Source: Gammaproteobacteria bacterium | GTDB lineage: Bacteria > Pseudomonadota > Gammaproteobacteria > Tethybacterales > G965206325 | Assembly: GCA_965206325.1 (NCBI GenBank) | Contig: OZ242208.1 | Location: forward strand, 678,326 to 742,325 | Reading direction: 5' to 3' | Length of the DNA stretch: 64,000 nt | In this document: positions 19,185 through 29,290 of the stretch, piece by piece | Layout: the number at the start of each line of letters is the position of its first letter | Position numbering within the stretch: position 1 is the first letter of the stretch | Made by a program: the position numbers and the translations under genes | The notes under the pieces: generated by a model | What the model was told of the DNA's origin: nothing | Database searches by the model: none | What the model saw: the letters and a program-made list of their open reading frames with translations, nothing else

Positions 19185-20240
19185 ATGTTCCCTGTAGGGT
19201 TTGCCAAGCAGATTGTCGAAACCATGTGTCCCCTTGACGGCGGTGTTTTGGATCCGTTCTGCGGACGAGGCACCGCACCGTTTGTGGCGCAGGCAACCGG
19301 AAGATTCGCACTTGGCTTAGATATCAACCCGGTAGCGTGGGTTTTCGCCATAGTGAAAACTCATCCCGAACCGAATGCCGAACGAGTCATCCACCGGTTG
19401 GACGATGTCCGCCGAGCGTCAAGGGTGCGCGACGCTAAGCACTGCAATGAATTCCAGCGGTGGGCGTGGTCATCTGATGTCCTCCGCTTTCTGAAAACCG
19501 CGCGGCGCGTCTTGGATTGGGAGAACGATAAGGTTGACCGAACTCTGATGGGCTTCATTCTGACGCATGTCCACGCCAAGATTGGTGATGGCATCAGCAA
19601 CCAAATGCACAAATCGCGTGCGCTGGGGCCGGATTATGCAGTCCGCTGGTGGAAAGAACGCAATATGCCTCCCCCAGACATAAACCCAATCATCTTTTTG
19701 CGTAACCGCATTTTGTGGCGCTACTGTCATGGCGTGGTACGCAATCGCGCGCCGGAAATAATTTTAGAGCGCGCTGAAAAAGTGCTTCCTCGCCGCCGCA
19801 CCGCGCGATTTGATCTGTTGCTGACTTCACCGCCGTATTTCAATGTCACCGACTATCGACAGGATAGCTGGATTCGCCTGTGGATGCTGAAAAAAGGGCC
19901 AGCCTTACCGAATTGGAAGTCAGACCTTAAGTTTGCGCGGCGCAGTGCTTACCAACCCATGCTGGAAAATGTCTTTTCCAGTGCGGTTCACCTAATGAAA
20001 CCGGGTTGTGCAATTTGGGTGCGAACCAGTGCGCGCAAATTCACGAGGGAAGCGACCATTGCAGCTATTCATGCATCCTGGCCTCGGAGAAAACTTTATT
20101 TGCGCCTAGATTTTCCGAAAATCCCCACACAAACGGCACAATTCGGGCACACTTCGTCCAAGCCGACCGAAATGGATCTGCTCATCGCGCGCCAAGGTAT
20201 GCCGCCCCCGAGGGGGTTTACGCCGTTTCGTTCGGATTGA
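19185..20240 (+). CDS. DNA methyltransferase, N4-cytosine/N6-adenine class (motif I N-terminal, SPPY motif IV)
   Basis: Motif I VLDPFCGRGTAPF near the N-terminus and motif IV LLLTSPPYFNVTDY. The frame is open upstream into the IS, so the first Met (19185) after the IS end was taken as start. The native 5' end may have been altered. Confidence 0.6.
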   Translation: MFPVGFAKQIVETMCPLDGGVLDPFCGRGTAPFVAQATGRFALGLDINPVAWVFAIVKTHPEPNAERVIHRLDDVRRASRVRDAKHCNEFQRWAWSSDVLRFLKTARRVLDWENDKVDRTLMGFILTHVHAKIGDGISNQMHKSRALGPDYAVRWWKERNMPPPDINPIIFLRNRILWRYCHGVVRNRAPEIILERAEKVLPRRRTARFDLLLTSPPYFNVTDYRQDSWIRLWMLKKGPALPNWKSDLKFARRSAYQPMLENVFSSAVHLMKPGCAIWVRTSARKFTREATIAAIHASWPRRKLYLRLDFPKIPTQTAQFGHTSSKPTEMDLLIARQGMPPPRGFTPFRSD

Positions 20241-20515
20241 TTCGGCGCGCATTAATTTAGCGGGCAATCCGCCGACGCGATTCGCTTTCCTATTTCAAAA
20301 GCATTTGGGGATTTGCAAGTTAAAGCGGGGCGCGAAATTATCGGTCGGCGTTGGTGCGGAGTTCATCGCCAACAGTCCCCGCCGAAACTACCAAGACAGC
20401 GATACCATCCTATCCGCCGCCTTCAGATGTGGGTTTTAATCGCCGCCGATTTTTTTCGTTCCGGGCGATTTTACATGAGGTCGGCTTGTAGAGTCCGGCA
20501 CTGCGCGATTTGCCG

Positions 20516-21217
20516 TCACTGCCGCGCGAATTGAAGAAGCCAGCGCGCCGCAGCCGCACTGTCATCCCTCCGCGAAAGAGATGAGATTGCCTGCCGATAA
20601 AGCGATTCGCCCAAAGATTCTCTGCGGCGATCCAGAATCGTCCGCAAAAAATCGCGGGTGAATTCGGGATGCCCCTGCAGGCAGAGAGTGCGCCGTCCGA
20701 CCGAAAACATTGCGTTGGGGCAGAATTCGCTGGCGGCGAGGCGAATCGCGCCGGGCGGCAGTTTGGTAACTTGATCTTGATGACTCGCCAGCAGCCGCAA
20801 ATTTTTGCGGGGCGGACGCATCCATTCGGGCGCGCGCAGAATTTTCCATTGCTGAATTCCCGCGCCCCAGCCGCCTTGCCATTTTTCGGCGCGGCCGCCC
20901 AGCGATTCGGCGATGAGTTGATGGCCGAAGCAAATCCCCAAAAGCGGAATGCGATGGCGGTGAATTTGCGCGGTGAATTTTTTAAGGGGCGGAATCCACG
21001 CTAATTTGTCGTAGACCCCGGCGCGGCTGCCGGTGATTAAGTAGCAGTCGCACTCGTTAATTTGTTTGGGCAGTTGTTTGCGGGTGGCGTTGTAGGCGGC
21101 GAATTCCGCATCGGGGTCGGCGCGCCGCAGCAGCGACATAAACATTTGCGCGTAGTCGCCGTGGACGGCGCGCTGGGGCGCGTTAATTTCGTCGCACAGC
21201 AGAATGCCGATTCGCAT
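20516..21217 (-). CDS. class I glutamine amidotransferase-like protein
   Basis: GATase1 nucleophile elbow ICFGHQLIAESLGG and downstream His. Confidence 0.65.
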   Translation of the reverse strand: MRIGILLCDEINAPQRAVHGDYAQMFMSLLRRADPDAEFAAYNATRKQLPKQINECDCYLITGSRAGVYDKLAWIPPLKKFTAQIHRHRIPLLGICFGHQLIAESLGGRAEKWQGGWGAGIQQWKILRAPEWMRPPRKNLRLLASHQDQVTKLPPGAIRLAASEFCPNAMFSVGRRTLCLQGHPEFTRDFLRTILDRRRESLGESLYRQAISSLSRRDDSAAAARWLLQFARQ

Positions 21218-21261
21218 TCGCTAATTGTATCGCAGCGGCGCGTATAATCATTAATTCGCCG

Positions 21262-22998
21262 ATGACCGTCGCCGCCCGATTCAAAGCCGAATTGACCGCC
21301 GCCTTTCGCGACGCGCAAAAATCCGCGCTGGCGATGGCGGAGGATTCGCCGCCGATTGAGCGTCCGCGCCAGCGCAGCCACGGCGATTACGCCTGCCATT
21401 CGGCGATGCGCCTCGCCGCCCGACTCAAATTGCCGCCGCACGAAATCGCTCAAAAAATCATCGGCGCATTTTCGCCGCCGAAATTTGTGGAGGAAATTAC
21501 GGTCGCCGGGGCGGGATTCATCAATGTAAAAATTAAGCCGTCGGCGAAAGCGGAAATCGTCGCTGATGCTTTGCGTCTCGGCGATAAATTCGGCGCGGGC
21601 GAAAGAAAGCCGTCGCGCATTCATTTGGAATTCGTCTCGGCGAATCCCACCGGACCTTTGCATATCGGACACGGCAGAGGCGCCGCCTACGGGGCTTCGC
21701 TGGCGGAAATTCTGCGCTTCGCTGGCGACGATGTGCATTGCGAATATTATGTCAATGACTGCGGAAGACAAACCGACATTCTCGCCGCTTCGCTTTGGCT
21801 GCGCTATCTTGCGCGATGGAATTCATCCTTGGGAGAATTGCCCAAGGGCGCGTATCAGGGCGATTATTTGGAGAAGGTCGCCGCCGCTCTCGTTGATTCC
21901 AACGGCGAAGAATTTGTCCGCGAAGTTTCGCCGAATGAAATTCCGCGCATGGAAAACGCCGATGAATCCGCCGATGCAATGGTCGCGCTCGCCCGCAAAA
22001 AATTAGAGGGGGGGGGGGAGGGGGGGTATGCCGCCGTTCAGCAATTCGCGCTGGAAAAAATGCTGGAAGATATTCGCGGCGACTTGAAGGAATTCGGCGT
22101 TAAATTTCACCGCTGGTTTTGCGAAAGCGAATTGGCGGATAAAATTCAACCGGCCTTGGATTCTATTTCGCCTTATCTTTATGAAAAAGAAGGCGCGCTA
22201 TGGTTTCGCGCGAGCGAATTCGGCGACGAAAAAGACCGCGTCGTCCGCCGCCAAAACGGGGCGTTTACTTACATCGCCGCCGACATCGCCTATTTGCGCG
22301 ATAAATTCAACCGCCATTTTGATTCGCTGATTTATGTTTTGGGGGCGGATCATCACGGCTATATTCCCCGCCTGCATGCGGCGGCGACGGCGATGGGATA
22401 TAATGCGGACAGAATAGAATCCCCCATCATTCAATTCGCCGCTCTTAAAAAAGGGGGGGAGGGGGGGGGCAGAATCCAAATGTCCACGCGCGCCGGCGAA
22501 TTTGTTTCGCTGCGCGAATTGCGGGAGGAAATCGGCAACGATGCGGCGCGCTATTTTTTCATCGCCCGCCGCGCCGACCAGCATTTGGAATTTGATTTGG
22601 AATTAGCCAAATCCAAAAGCGCCGACAATCCGGTTTATTACATTCAATACGCGCATGCGCGAATTTGCAGCGTTCTTTCGCAATGGGGGGGGGGGACGGA
22701 ATCGCTTGCGGACATTGATGAAAATGCGCTTAACCTTGGAGAGGAGCATTCTCTCATTGACGAATTGCTGCGCTTTGAAGAAGCGGTTGAAAATGCGGGG
22801 GCGACTCGCGCGCCGCATATTCTGGCGCATTATCTTTATGAATTGGCGGTGCGCTTTCATGGATATTACGCCGCCGCTCCGATTCTTAAATCCGACGAGC
22901 CGATTAAATCCGCGCGGCTTGCTTTGGCATTGGCGGTTAAAATCGCCATTAAAAACGGGCTTGCTTTGCTCGGCGTTAATGCGCCGGAAAAAATGTAA
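21262..22998 (+). CDS. argS: arginine--tRNA ligase
   Basis: Class I aaRS HIGH-like SANPTGPLHIGHGRGA and a KMSK-like region QMSTRAG over a full-length ArgS architecture. It carries three in-frame poly-G insertions. Confidence 0.9.
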   Translation: MTVAARFKAELTAAFRDAQKSALAMAEDSPPIERPRQRSHGDYACHSAMRLAARLKLPPHEIAQKIIGAFSPPKFVEEITVAGAGFINVKIKPSAKAEIVADALRLGDKFGAGERKPSRIHLEFVSANPTGPLHIGHGRGAAYGASLAEILRFAGDDVHCEYYVNDCGRQTDILAASLWLRYLARWNSSLGELPKGAYQGDYLEKVAAALVDSNGEEFVREVSPNEIPRMENADESADAMVALARKKLEGGGEGGYAAVQQFALEKMLEDIRGDLKEFGVKFHRWFCESELADKIQPALDSISPYLYEKEGALWFRASEFGDEKDRVVRRQNGAFTYIAADIAYLRDKFNRHFDSLIYVLGADHHGYIPRLHAAATAMGYNADRIESPIIQFAALKKGGEGGGRIQMSTRAGEFVSLRELREEIGNDAARYFFIARRADQHLEFDLELAKSKSADNPVYYIQYAHARICSVLSQWGGGTESLADIDENALNLGEEHSLIDELLRFEEAVENAGATRAPHILAHYLYELAVRFHGYYAAAPILKSDEPIKSARLALALAVKIAIKNGLALLGVNAPEKM

Positions 22999-23528
22999 TG
23001 CGTGATCACAACCGTCCCAAGAAAAAAAATCCCAAGGGGGGGGGATTCGGCCGAATGCTGTGGTTTGCGTTCGGCTTCACTTTCGGCGTCGGCGGGGCGG
23101 CGGGATTTGTGTGGTATTTGAATGATGTGCCGACTCCTTTTATTGCGCCGCCGACGCGCGAATCCGACGGCGACCTTCTGCGTCGGCGGGGCGATTCGTC
23201 CGGGGGGGATGTGTTTGAATTTCATCGCATCTTAAAGGACCGTCGCGCGCCCGCATCGGAGGAAAAATCCGATGCCGATGCGCCGGCGCAATTTGTTTTT
23301 TATCTGCAGGCGGGGGCATTTCGCGACGAGGAAACCGCCGAATCGCGTCGCGGCGAATTGGCTTTGCTGGGCGCGCCGGCGCGATTGAATGCGGGCAAAC
23401 TCGCCACCGGCGAGCCGCTGTTTAGAGTGTGGGTCGGCCCTTTCGCCGACCGCCCAAGCGCGGAAGAAGCCCGTGCGGAATTGGCGCTGAACGGCTATAA
23501 TGCCTCTGTTCTGAAAGCCACCGAATGA
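22998..23528 (+). CDS. SPOR domain-containing protein
   Basis: N-terminal TM segment. C-terminal SPOR-like fold (FVFYLQAGAFRDEETAESRRGEL...FRVWVGPFADRPSAEEA). Confidence 0.65.
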   Translation: MRDHNRPKKKNPKGGGFGRMLWFAFGFTFGVGGAAGFVWYLNDVPTPFIAPPTRESDGDLLRRRGDSSGGDVFEFHRILKDRRAPASEEKSDADAPAQFVFYLQAGAFRDEETAESRRGELALLGAPARLNAGKLATGEPLFRVWVGPFADRPSAEEARAELALNGYNASVLKATE

Positions 23529-24175
23529 AAGGAGTTTTGCTTATGTCCACCGTCCGATTTTTCGCTTGCGCCGCTTTGTCGGCGGCGCTGCTCTCAGCCG
23601 CTCCGCAGGCGGCGGTTGAAGGCCGCGACTACGAACCGATCAATCCGCCGCTGCCGGTCTATGCGGCGGCGGGAAAAATTGAAGTGATTGAATTCTTTAA
23701 TTTTTCCTGTCCGCACTGCTTTAGCCTGCTTGGCCCTTTCGCCCAGTGGAAGCATGCGCGCGACACCGCCGACATTGAATTTCGCCGCCAGCCGGTAATT
23801 TTCCGCCGCGCCAACGGACTTTACGCAAAATTGTTCTACGCCTTGGAAGCGGCCGGACTCGGCGAAGAATACTACCGCCGCGTATTTGAGGCGATACATC
23901 AGGAGGGCAAATTGCTCAACAGCGAATCCCAAATTTTGGACTGGTTCGCCGAGCAGGGATTGGAGCGCGAAAAAATGACGGCGATTTTTAATTCCTTCGC
24001 GCTGCGAACAAAAGTGGAGCAGGCGATTCGGGGGCAGGAATCCTACGGCGTGAATTCCACTCCGCAGATTATTGTCGGCGGAAAATACCGCCTAACGCCA
24101 TCCCTCTCGCGCGGCTACGATAGGATGATGGATACCCTCACTGAACTCGTTGAGATGGAGCGCGCGGAACAATGA
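23525..24175 (+). CDS. dsbA: thiol:disulfide interchange protein DsbA
   Basis: Signal peptide and CPHC active site (FFNFSCPHCF). Confidence 0.8.
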   Translation: MKGVLLMSTVRFFACAALSAALLSAAPQAAVEGRDYEPINPPLPVYAAAGKIEVIEFFNFSCPHCFSLLGPFAQWKHARDTADIEFRRQPVIFRRANGLYAKLFYALEAAGLGEEYYRRVFEAIHQEGKLLNSESQILDWFAEQGLEREKMTAIFNSFALRTKVEQAIRGQESYGVNSTPQIIVGGKYRLTPSLSRGYDRMMDTLTELVEMERAEQ

Positions 24176-24440
24176 TTCCTGCGGGGCGATTCTGCCGAAT
24201 CGAATCGCCAAGGCCGCGATGTCGGAGGTGAAATTGGATTTGCCACCAATTGCTTTTGCGCGGAAAAAACGGCGATGCGGATTTATCGCTGCCGATTTTG
24301 GCGGGACACGAAAAATACTTGGCTTTTGTCGCTCACGCGTCCAACATTCGGAAGAAAAAGTGATTAAGCGACCGTTTTTTGTGTCCGAAATTAAAAACAA
24401 CGACGATTGACGACAATGATTTTCGGCGGTTAATTTGCCG

Positions 24441-27266
24441 TCAATGCGCTTCTTCCCAATTATTTCCGATGCCGATATTGACTTCCAGCGGCGCGCGCAA
24501 TTCGGCGACATCGCTCATTAATGGCGGTAGATTTTCGCGCAGAATGGCAACTTCCGAGTCGGGTGATTCCAAAACTAATTCGTCGTGGACTTGCAGAAGC
24601 ATTTTGGATTTGAGTTTGGAATCGTCCAGCCATTTTTGCGCTTTCGTCATTGCGATTTTAATGAGATCGGCGGCGCTGCCCTGCATTGGGGCGTTGATGG
24701 CGGCGCGCTCGGCGGCGCGTCTTCCGGCGGCGTTGCGGCCGGACGCCGTCACCGGAATTCGCCGCCCGAAAATAGTTTCCACATAGCCGCGCGCAATCGC
24801 TTCGCGGCGGGTTTTTTGCATAAATTCGGCGACGCCGGGATAGCGCGAAAAATAGCGGTCTATGTAATCCTTCGCCTGCGCCTGAGAAACGCCGAGCGAA
24901 TCGGCGAGTCCGAAAGCGGACATTCCGTACATCAATCCAAAATTAATCGTCTTGGCGAAGCGGCGCTTTTCCGAATCAACTTGATGATCGTCCACATTAA
25001 AAATTTCGGCGGCGGTGCGGCGGTGAATGTCTTCGCCATCGGCGAATGCGGAAAGGAGTCCTTCGTCGCCGGAAAGATGCGCCATTAATCTCAATTCAAT
25101 TTGCGAATAGTCGGCGGAAATTAAGGACGACTTGGGCGGCGCAATAAAAGCGCGCCGAATGCGCCGGCCGTCTTCGGTGCGAATGGGAATGTTCTGCAGA
25201 TTGGGCTCCGAACTCGCCAATCTGCCGGTGACGACCGCGCTTTGATTAAAATTAGTATGCACCCGACCGGTGCGGGGATTAACCATCTTGGGCAATTTGG
25301 CGGCGTAAGTTGAAGATAGTTTAGCCAAGGTGCGATGCTGCAGAATAATCTTCGGCAATTCATAGTCGGACGCCAATCGGCTGAGGGCGGATTCGTCGGT
25401 GGACAACGCGCCCTTGGGCGTTTTATGGGGGGGGGGCATCTTCATTTTATCGTAAAGCAATTCCCGCAATTGCTTGGTGGAATTGAGATTGAATTCTTCG
25501 CCCGCCGAATCAAACGCTTGCTTTTCCAATTCCTTCATGCGCGCGGCGAAGGAATCGGCGAGTGCATTAAGAGAGTCCGAATCAATTAAAATACCGTTGC
25601 GCTCCATTCGCATTAATGCCGGTGCAAGGGGCCGGTCTATTTCTTCATAAACCTTCTTTGCCCTTTGGGAGGCGCGCGGCGAAAGCGCGGAAAATAATTG
25701 ATGGGCGGCGTCGGCATCTTCGGCGGCGTAGGCGGCGGCTTCGCTTATCGCCACTTCGGAAAAATTCTTTTTTTCTTTAATGACATCCTTGAATTTAATG
25801 GTTTCCATTCCCAGCCAGCGTCGAGCGAGCGAATCCAAATTGTTGGCGGCGCCCGCATCTTCGGCGTAGGCGAGCAACTGCGAATCTTCAAACGGCTCGG
25901 CGACTGCGATTCCGTAATTGGCGAAAACATGCATATCAAATTTAATGTTGTGTCCGACTTTGCAAATTTTTCCGCTTTCCAATAAGGGGCGAATAATTTG
26001 CAGAGCCGTCTCCATCGGAATTTGAGGGGGGGGGGAGGGGGATTCGCCGCCGCTTTCTTTAATAAGGTCGCCGCTGTCGGATTCGTCGGGGGGGGGGGGG
26101 CGATGCGCAAGAGGAACATAAGCGGCTTCTCCCGCGCCGAGAGCAAGAGAGAATCCAATTAGATTTGCATCTATGGCATTAAGCGAATCGGTTTCAGTGT
26201 CAATGGCGAAGCGTCCGGCTTTTTGCGCGCGCGCGGCCCATTCGCGCAATTGAGAAGTTTTGTTTATCATTAAATATCCGCGCCGACGCGCATCGTCGTC
26301 GGTTGTATCGGATGATTTTATATCATCTTTTCCGATTCCGCCGGAGGGAGGGGAGACGCCTCTTTCCTCCAAAATGCGCGAAAGAAAATTGAATTCATAT
26401 CGTTCGCATAATTCGGCGAGAGCGTCGGCGTCGGGGGGGCGAATGGTTAAGTCGCTTAGTTTGACATCAAGCGGAATATCGCCGCGCACTTTAACTAATT
26501 GACGCGCCAGCGGCAATGTTTTTTCGGCGGCGATTCGCAAATTTTCCCCGGCAGTGCGCGAAATGCTTTCCTTATGCGCGAGTAAATTATCCAAGGTTCC
26601 GAATTCGGCGAGCCATTTGGCGGCGGTTTTGGGGCCGACTTTATCAACGCCCGGAATGTTGTCGGAAGTGTCGCCGACCAGCGCCAGATAATCCGCAATC
26701 TGCGGCGGGGCGACGCCGAATTTTTCGCGCACGCCTTCCGCATCGTAGATTTTATCGCGCAGCGAATCCACCATCGTTACACCTTCGCCGACTAATTGGG
26801 TTAAATCCTTGTCGCCGCTGGAAATAATTACGGTTATTTTTTGCGCGCGAATTAAGCGGACTAACGACGCAATTAAATCGTCCGCTTCCAAGCCGTCTTG
26901 GGCGACTTGGGCGAATCCCATCGCGCGGACAAATTCGCCGACCGGGGCAATTTGCGCCGCCAATTCAGGATCTATCGGCGGACGATTGGCCTTGTATTTA
27001 GGAAACAAGCGATGGCGAAAAGTTTTCTCTTTGGTGTCCATTACGCAGGCGGCGAATTGCGCCGGATACTGCCGCAGCAATTTTCGCAGCATGGAAACCA
27101 CCCCGTAAATGGCGCCGGTCGGCGAGCCGCCCCGCGTGTGCAAATCGGCGACGGCATGATAAGCGCGAAACAAATAAGACGAAGTGTCAATCAGCAGGCA
27201 AAGCCCCCCTGATTCTTTCGGCGATGAGGAAGGGGGGGGGGGGGGATCGGACTTTGACATCATCAA
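24441..27266 (-). CDS. polA: DNA polymerase I
   Basis: 5'-3' exonuclease, 3'-5' exonuclease and polymerase domains (RRAFIAPP, KTINFGLMYG, QVHDELVLE). Several in-frame poly-G/C tracts encode poly-Pro/Gly linkers. Confidence 0.95.
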   Translation of the reverse strand: MMMSKSDPPPPPSSSPKESGGLCLLIDTSSYLFRAYHAVADLHTRGGSPTGAIYGVVSMLRKLLRQYPAQFAACVMDTKEKTFRHRLFPKYKANRPPIDPELAAQIAPVGEFVRAMGFAQVAQDGLEADDLIASLVRLIRAQKITVIISSGDKDLTQLVGEGVTMVDSLRDKIYDAEGVREKFGVAPPQIADYLALVGDTSDNIPGVDKVGPKTAAKWLAEFGTLDNLLAHKESISRTAGENLRIAAEKTLPLARQLVKVRGDIPLDVKLSDLTIRPPDADALAELCERYEFNFLSRILEERGVSPPSGGIGKDDIKSSDTTDDDARRRGYLMINKTSQLREWAARAQKAGRFAIDTETDSLNAIDANLIGFSLALGAGEAAYVPLAHRPPPPDESDSGDLIKESGGESPSPPPQIPMETALQIIRPLLESGKICKVGHNIKFDMHVFANYGIAVAEPFEDSQLLAYAEDAGAANNLDSLARRWLGMETIKFKDVIKEKKNFSEVAISEAAAYAAEDADAAHQLFSALSPRASQRAKKVYEEIDRPLAPALMRMERNGILIDSDSLNALADSFAARMKELEKQAFDSAGEEFNLNSTKQLRELLYDKMKMPPPHKTPKGALSTDESALSRLASDYELPKIILQHRTLAKLSSTYAAKLPKMVNPRTGRVHTNFNQSAVVTGRLASSEPNLQNIPIRTEDGRRIRRAFIAPPKSSLISADYSQIELRLMAHLSGDEGLLSAFADGEDIHRRTAAEIFNVDDHQVDSEKRRFAKTINFGLMYGMSAFGLADSLGVSQAQAKDYIDRYFSRYPGVAEFMQKTRREAIARGYVETIFGRRIPVTASGRNAAGRRAAERAAINAPMQGSAADLIKIAMTKAQKWLDDSKLKSKMLLQVHDELVLESPDSEVAILRENLPPLMSDVAELRAPLEVNIGIGNNWEEAH
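27232..27245. repeat. G14 homopolymer (poly-Pro codons at the polA N-terminus), part of duplicated motif GAAG-G14-ATCGGA
   Basis: Direct reading. The same 23-nt motif recurs at 34056-34080. Confidence 0.9.
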
Positions 27267-27278
27267 AAAAAGGAAAGG

Positions 27279-28919
27279 TTAGAATTGCTGCGTAAAGCCG
27301 AAGTTTGCGCGCGTGCGGGTGTAGTCAAAAATATCAACATTGGATTGATTGTCGGTGCGGACAATCGCCAATTCCGGGGCGAATCCAAAGATGCTCCAAT
27401 CGCGCTTAATTAATGTCAGCGTGAGCGAGCGCGCTTCTTCCTTGCGGCGGGCGCCGCCGAGCGAAACGCCGTCGTAAAGCGTATACGAAATGTCGCCCGT
27501 CAGCCCGGCGGAAATGCCGAAGCCGAATTCGCGCCGCACGCCCAAACTTACAGAATAGGAATTTTGCGAGCGGGTTTCCGTTTTCGCCAGCGTGCGCGTT
27601 GCGCTTAATCCAAATTCCAAAGCCGTCACCGGAGTCAGTCCATAAACGCCCCGCACCGAGCCGAAGAAAATATCGCCGTTGGCGGATTTATTGCTTTCGT
27701 CGTCGTGAAAGCGGCGCAGAATCTGCAGATTCTCGCGAATGCTCAATCGCTGAAAAAAGCGATGCGTATTATTAAAACTAATGCCGAAATCATAACTGTA
27801 AGGCTTGTCGGCAAACCAGCGTCGGCGCGTGAAAATTTCGTAATCGCTGGCGCCGCCCGGCCGCAGCGTGCGAATGCCGACCGCAAAATGCGTCTGCAAA
27901 TCGTCAAAGTCCGACCCCTCGTAATTTCTTTGACTCACAAGTCCGCGGGCAATCAGCCGTTTTTTTCCGGGAATGGGCTTGCGCCACAAAGCGCCGAGAT
28001 TCCAATTAACGCCGACGCCGCTTCTTTCCCGTTCGCTCGGCGTAAACGGCAAATTGCCGATTCGCACTGTCTCGTGCGATGTCGCCGAATTGATGTTTGT
28101 GTCCGGCGCGATGCCCATTCCGAAACTAAAACTCCAGCCCTGCCGCTCGTCCATTTTTTCCAAAAATTCCCGCACCGTCGCCGTGATTTCGGGCGGATGC
28201 TCGCTGGCGAGAACATATTCAAAATGATAGCGCGCGCCGTCGTCCTCTCCGGCGAAAAAGAACGCGCGCGCCAATTCCAATCGCACATGAATTCGCTCCG
28301 GATAATTCACTAAAATTTCGCGGAAACGCTTGGCGGCGGCGTCGTGTTTTCCATCGGCGATGTCGGCGAGACCGAGCAGAAAATTTAATTCCGACTGATC
28401 GGCGTCCGGCGATTCGCGCAATTCCTCCAGCAGTTTTCGCGCGTCGGCGATGCGATTAAGGCGAATCAACGCCAATGCCAATTGCTGCTTGGCGTAGGCG
28501 AGGTCGGGATTTTCCTGCAGCAGCCGCGTAAATCGCGCCGCCGCTAAATCGGGGCGGCCGGCGTTTAATTCAATCAATCCGATAAGCGTCTGCACTTCGG
28601 TTTGATTCACCCCTTCCCGTCCGACGAGGGCGTTCAAAACGATTAATGCCTCCTGCAGGCGGCGGGCTTCCATCAGCGAAATCGCCAGCGGCAGCGATGC
28701 TTCCGCTTCGCTGAATTCGGAGGCGGATTGGTCGGCGGATTCGGCGTCTTCGGCGGCGGCGACTTCTAAAACGCCGCTGAAATTCGGCGGCGCAAAAAGT
28801 GCGAGGGCGACCTCCCCCGCCGACGGCATTTCCAGCGGCGGCGAATTCGCCCACGCGGACGGCAGAAAAAAAGCGCAGAGCAAAATCGCCGCGCCGCGTT
28901 TAATAAAAAATGATGCCAT
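27279..28919 (-). CDS. TPR-repeat outer-membrane beta-barrel protein (Slam/DUF560-like)
   Basis: Signal peptide MASFFIKRGAAILLCAFFLPSAWA, N-terminal TPR-like repeats, and a C-terminal beta-strand region ending in terminal F (NFGFTQQF). Confidence 0.5.
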   Translation of the reverse strand: MASFFIKRGAAILLCAFFLPSAWANSPPLEMPSAGEVALALFAPPNFSGVLEVAAAEDAESADQSASEFSEAEASLPLAISLMEARRLQEALIVLNALVGREGVNQTEVQTLIGLIELNAGRPDLAAARFTRLLQENPDLAYAKQQLALALIRLNRIADARKLLEELRESPDADQSELNFLLGLADIADGKHDAAAKRFREILVNYPERIHVRLELARAFFFAGEDDGARYHFEYVLASEHPPEITATVREFLEKMDERQGWSFSFGMGIAPDTNINSATSHETVRIGNLPFTPSERERSGVGVNWNLGALWRKPIPGKKRLIARGLVSQRNYEGSDFDDLQTHFAVGIRTLRPGGASDYEIFTRRRWFADKPYSYDFGISFNNTHRFFQRLSIRENLQILRRFHDDESNKSANGDIFFGSVRGVYGLTPVTALEFGLSATRTLAKTETRSQNSYSVSLGVRREFGFGISAGLTGDISYTLYDGVSLGGARRKEEARSLTLTLIKRDWSIFGFAPELAIVRTDNQSNVDIFDYTRTRANFGFTQQF

Positions 28920-28942
28920 CTCGTGTTTTTCCGCCGCGCGCA

Positions 28943-29290
28943 TTATATCAGCGAGTCGGTTTTCGCCGCGCAGATAAAATCGTTTTCCGAAAGCCCGCCG
29001 ACGCTGTGAGTCGTCCATGCAATTCGGCAGCGATTGTAGCCGAAATGAATTTCCGGATGATGATTTTCCGCGTCGGCAAAGGCGGCGACGGCGTTGACAA
29101 AATCCAAAGTCCGCTTGTAATCGCCGAAGCGAAATTCGCGGACGAGTTGATTCCGCCCTTTGGAATCGGGAATCGCCGCCCATTCCGAATTAATCGCCGC
29201 CGTCAATTCGGCGATGGATTTTTCATCCGGCGGTATTTTCGCCGGTTTGCATTTTCGTCCGGCGAGGGAAATTTTTTGCGCGTCATTCAT
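28943..29290 (-). CDS. 4a-hydroxytetrahydrobiopterin dehydratase
   Basis: HHPEIHFGYNRCRIAWTTHSVGGLSENDFICAAKTD matches the PCD family. Confidence 0.75.
   Translation of the reverse strand: MNDAQKISLAGRKCKPAKIPPDEKSIAELTAAINSEWAAIPDSKGRNQLVREFRFGDYKRTLDFVNAVAAFADAENHHPEIHFGYNRCRIAWTTHSVGGLSENDFICAAKTDSLI

Noticed and set aside
24176-24440. Imperfect inverted repeat (ATTGACGACAA...TTGCCGTCAAT) between convergent dsbA and polA, considered as a bidirectional terminator
   Set aside because: No flanking T or A runs, one mismatch and a long loop make it weak.
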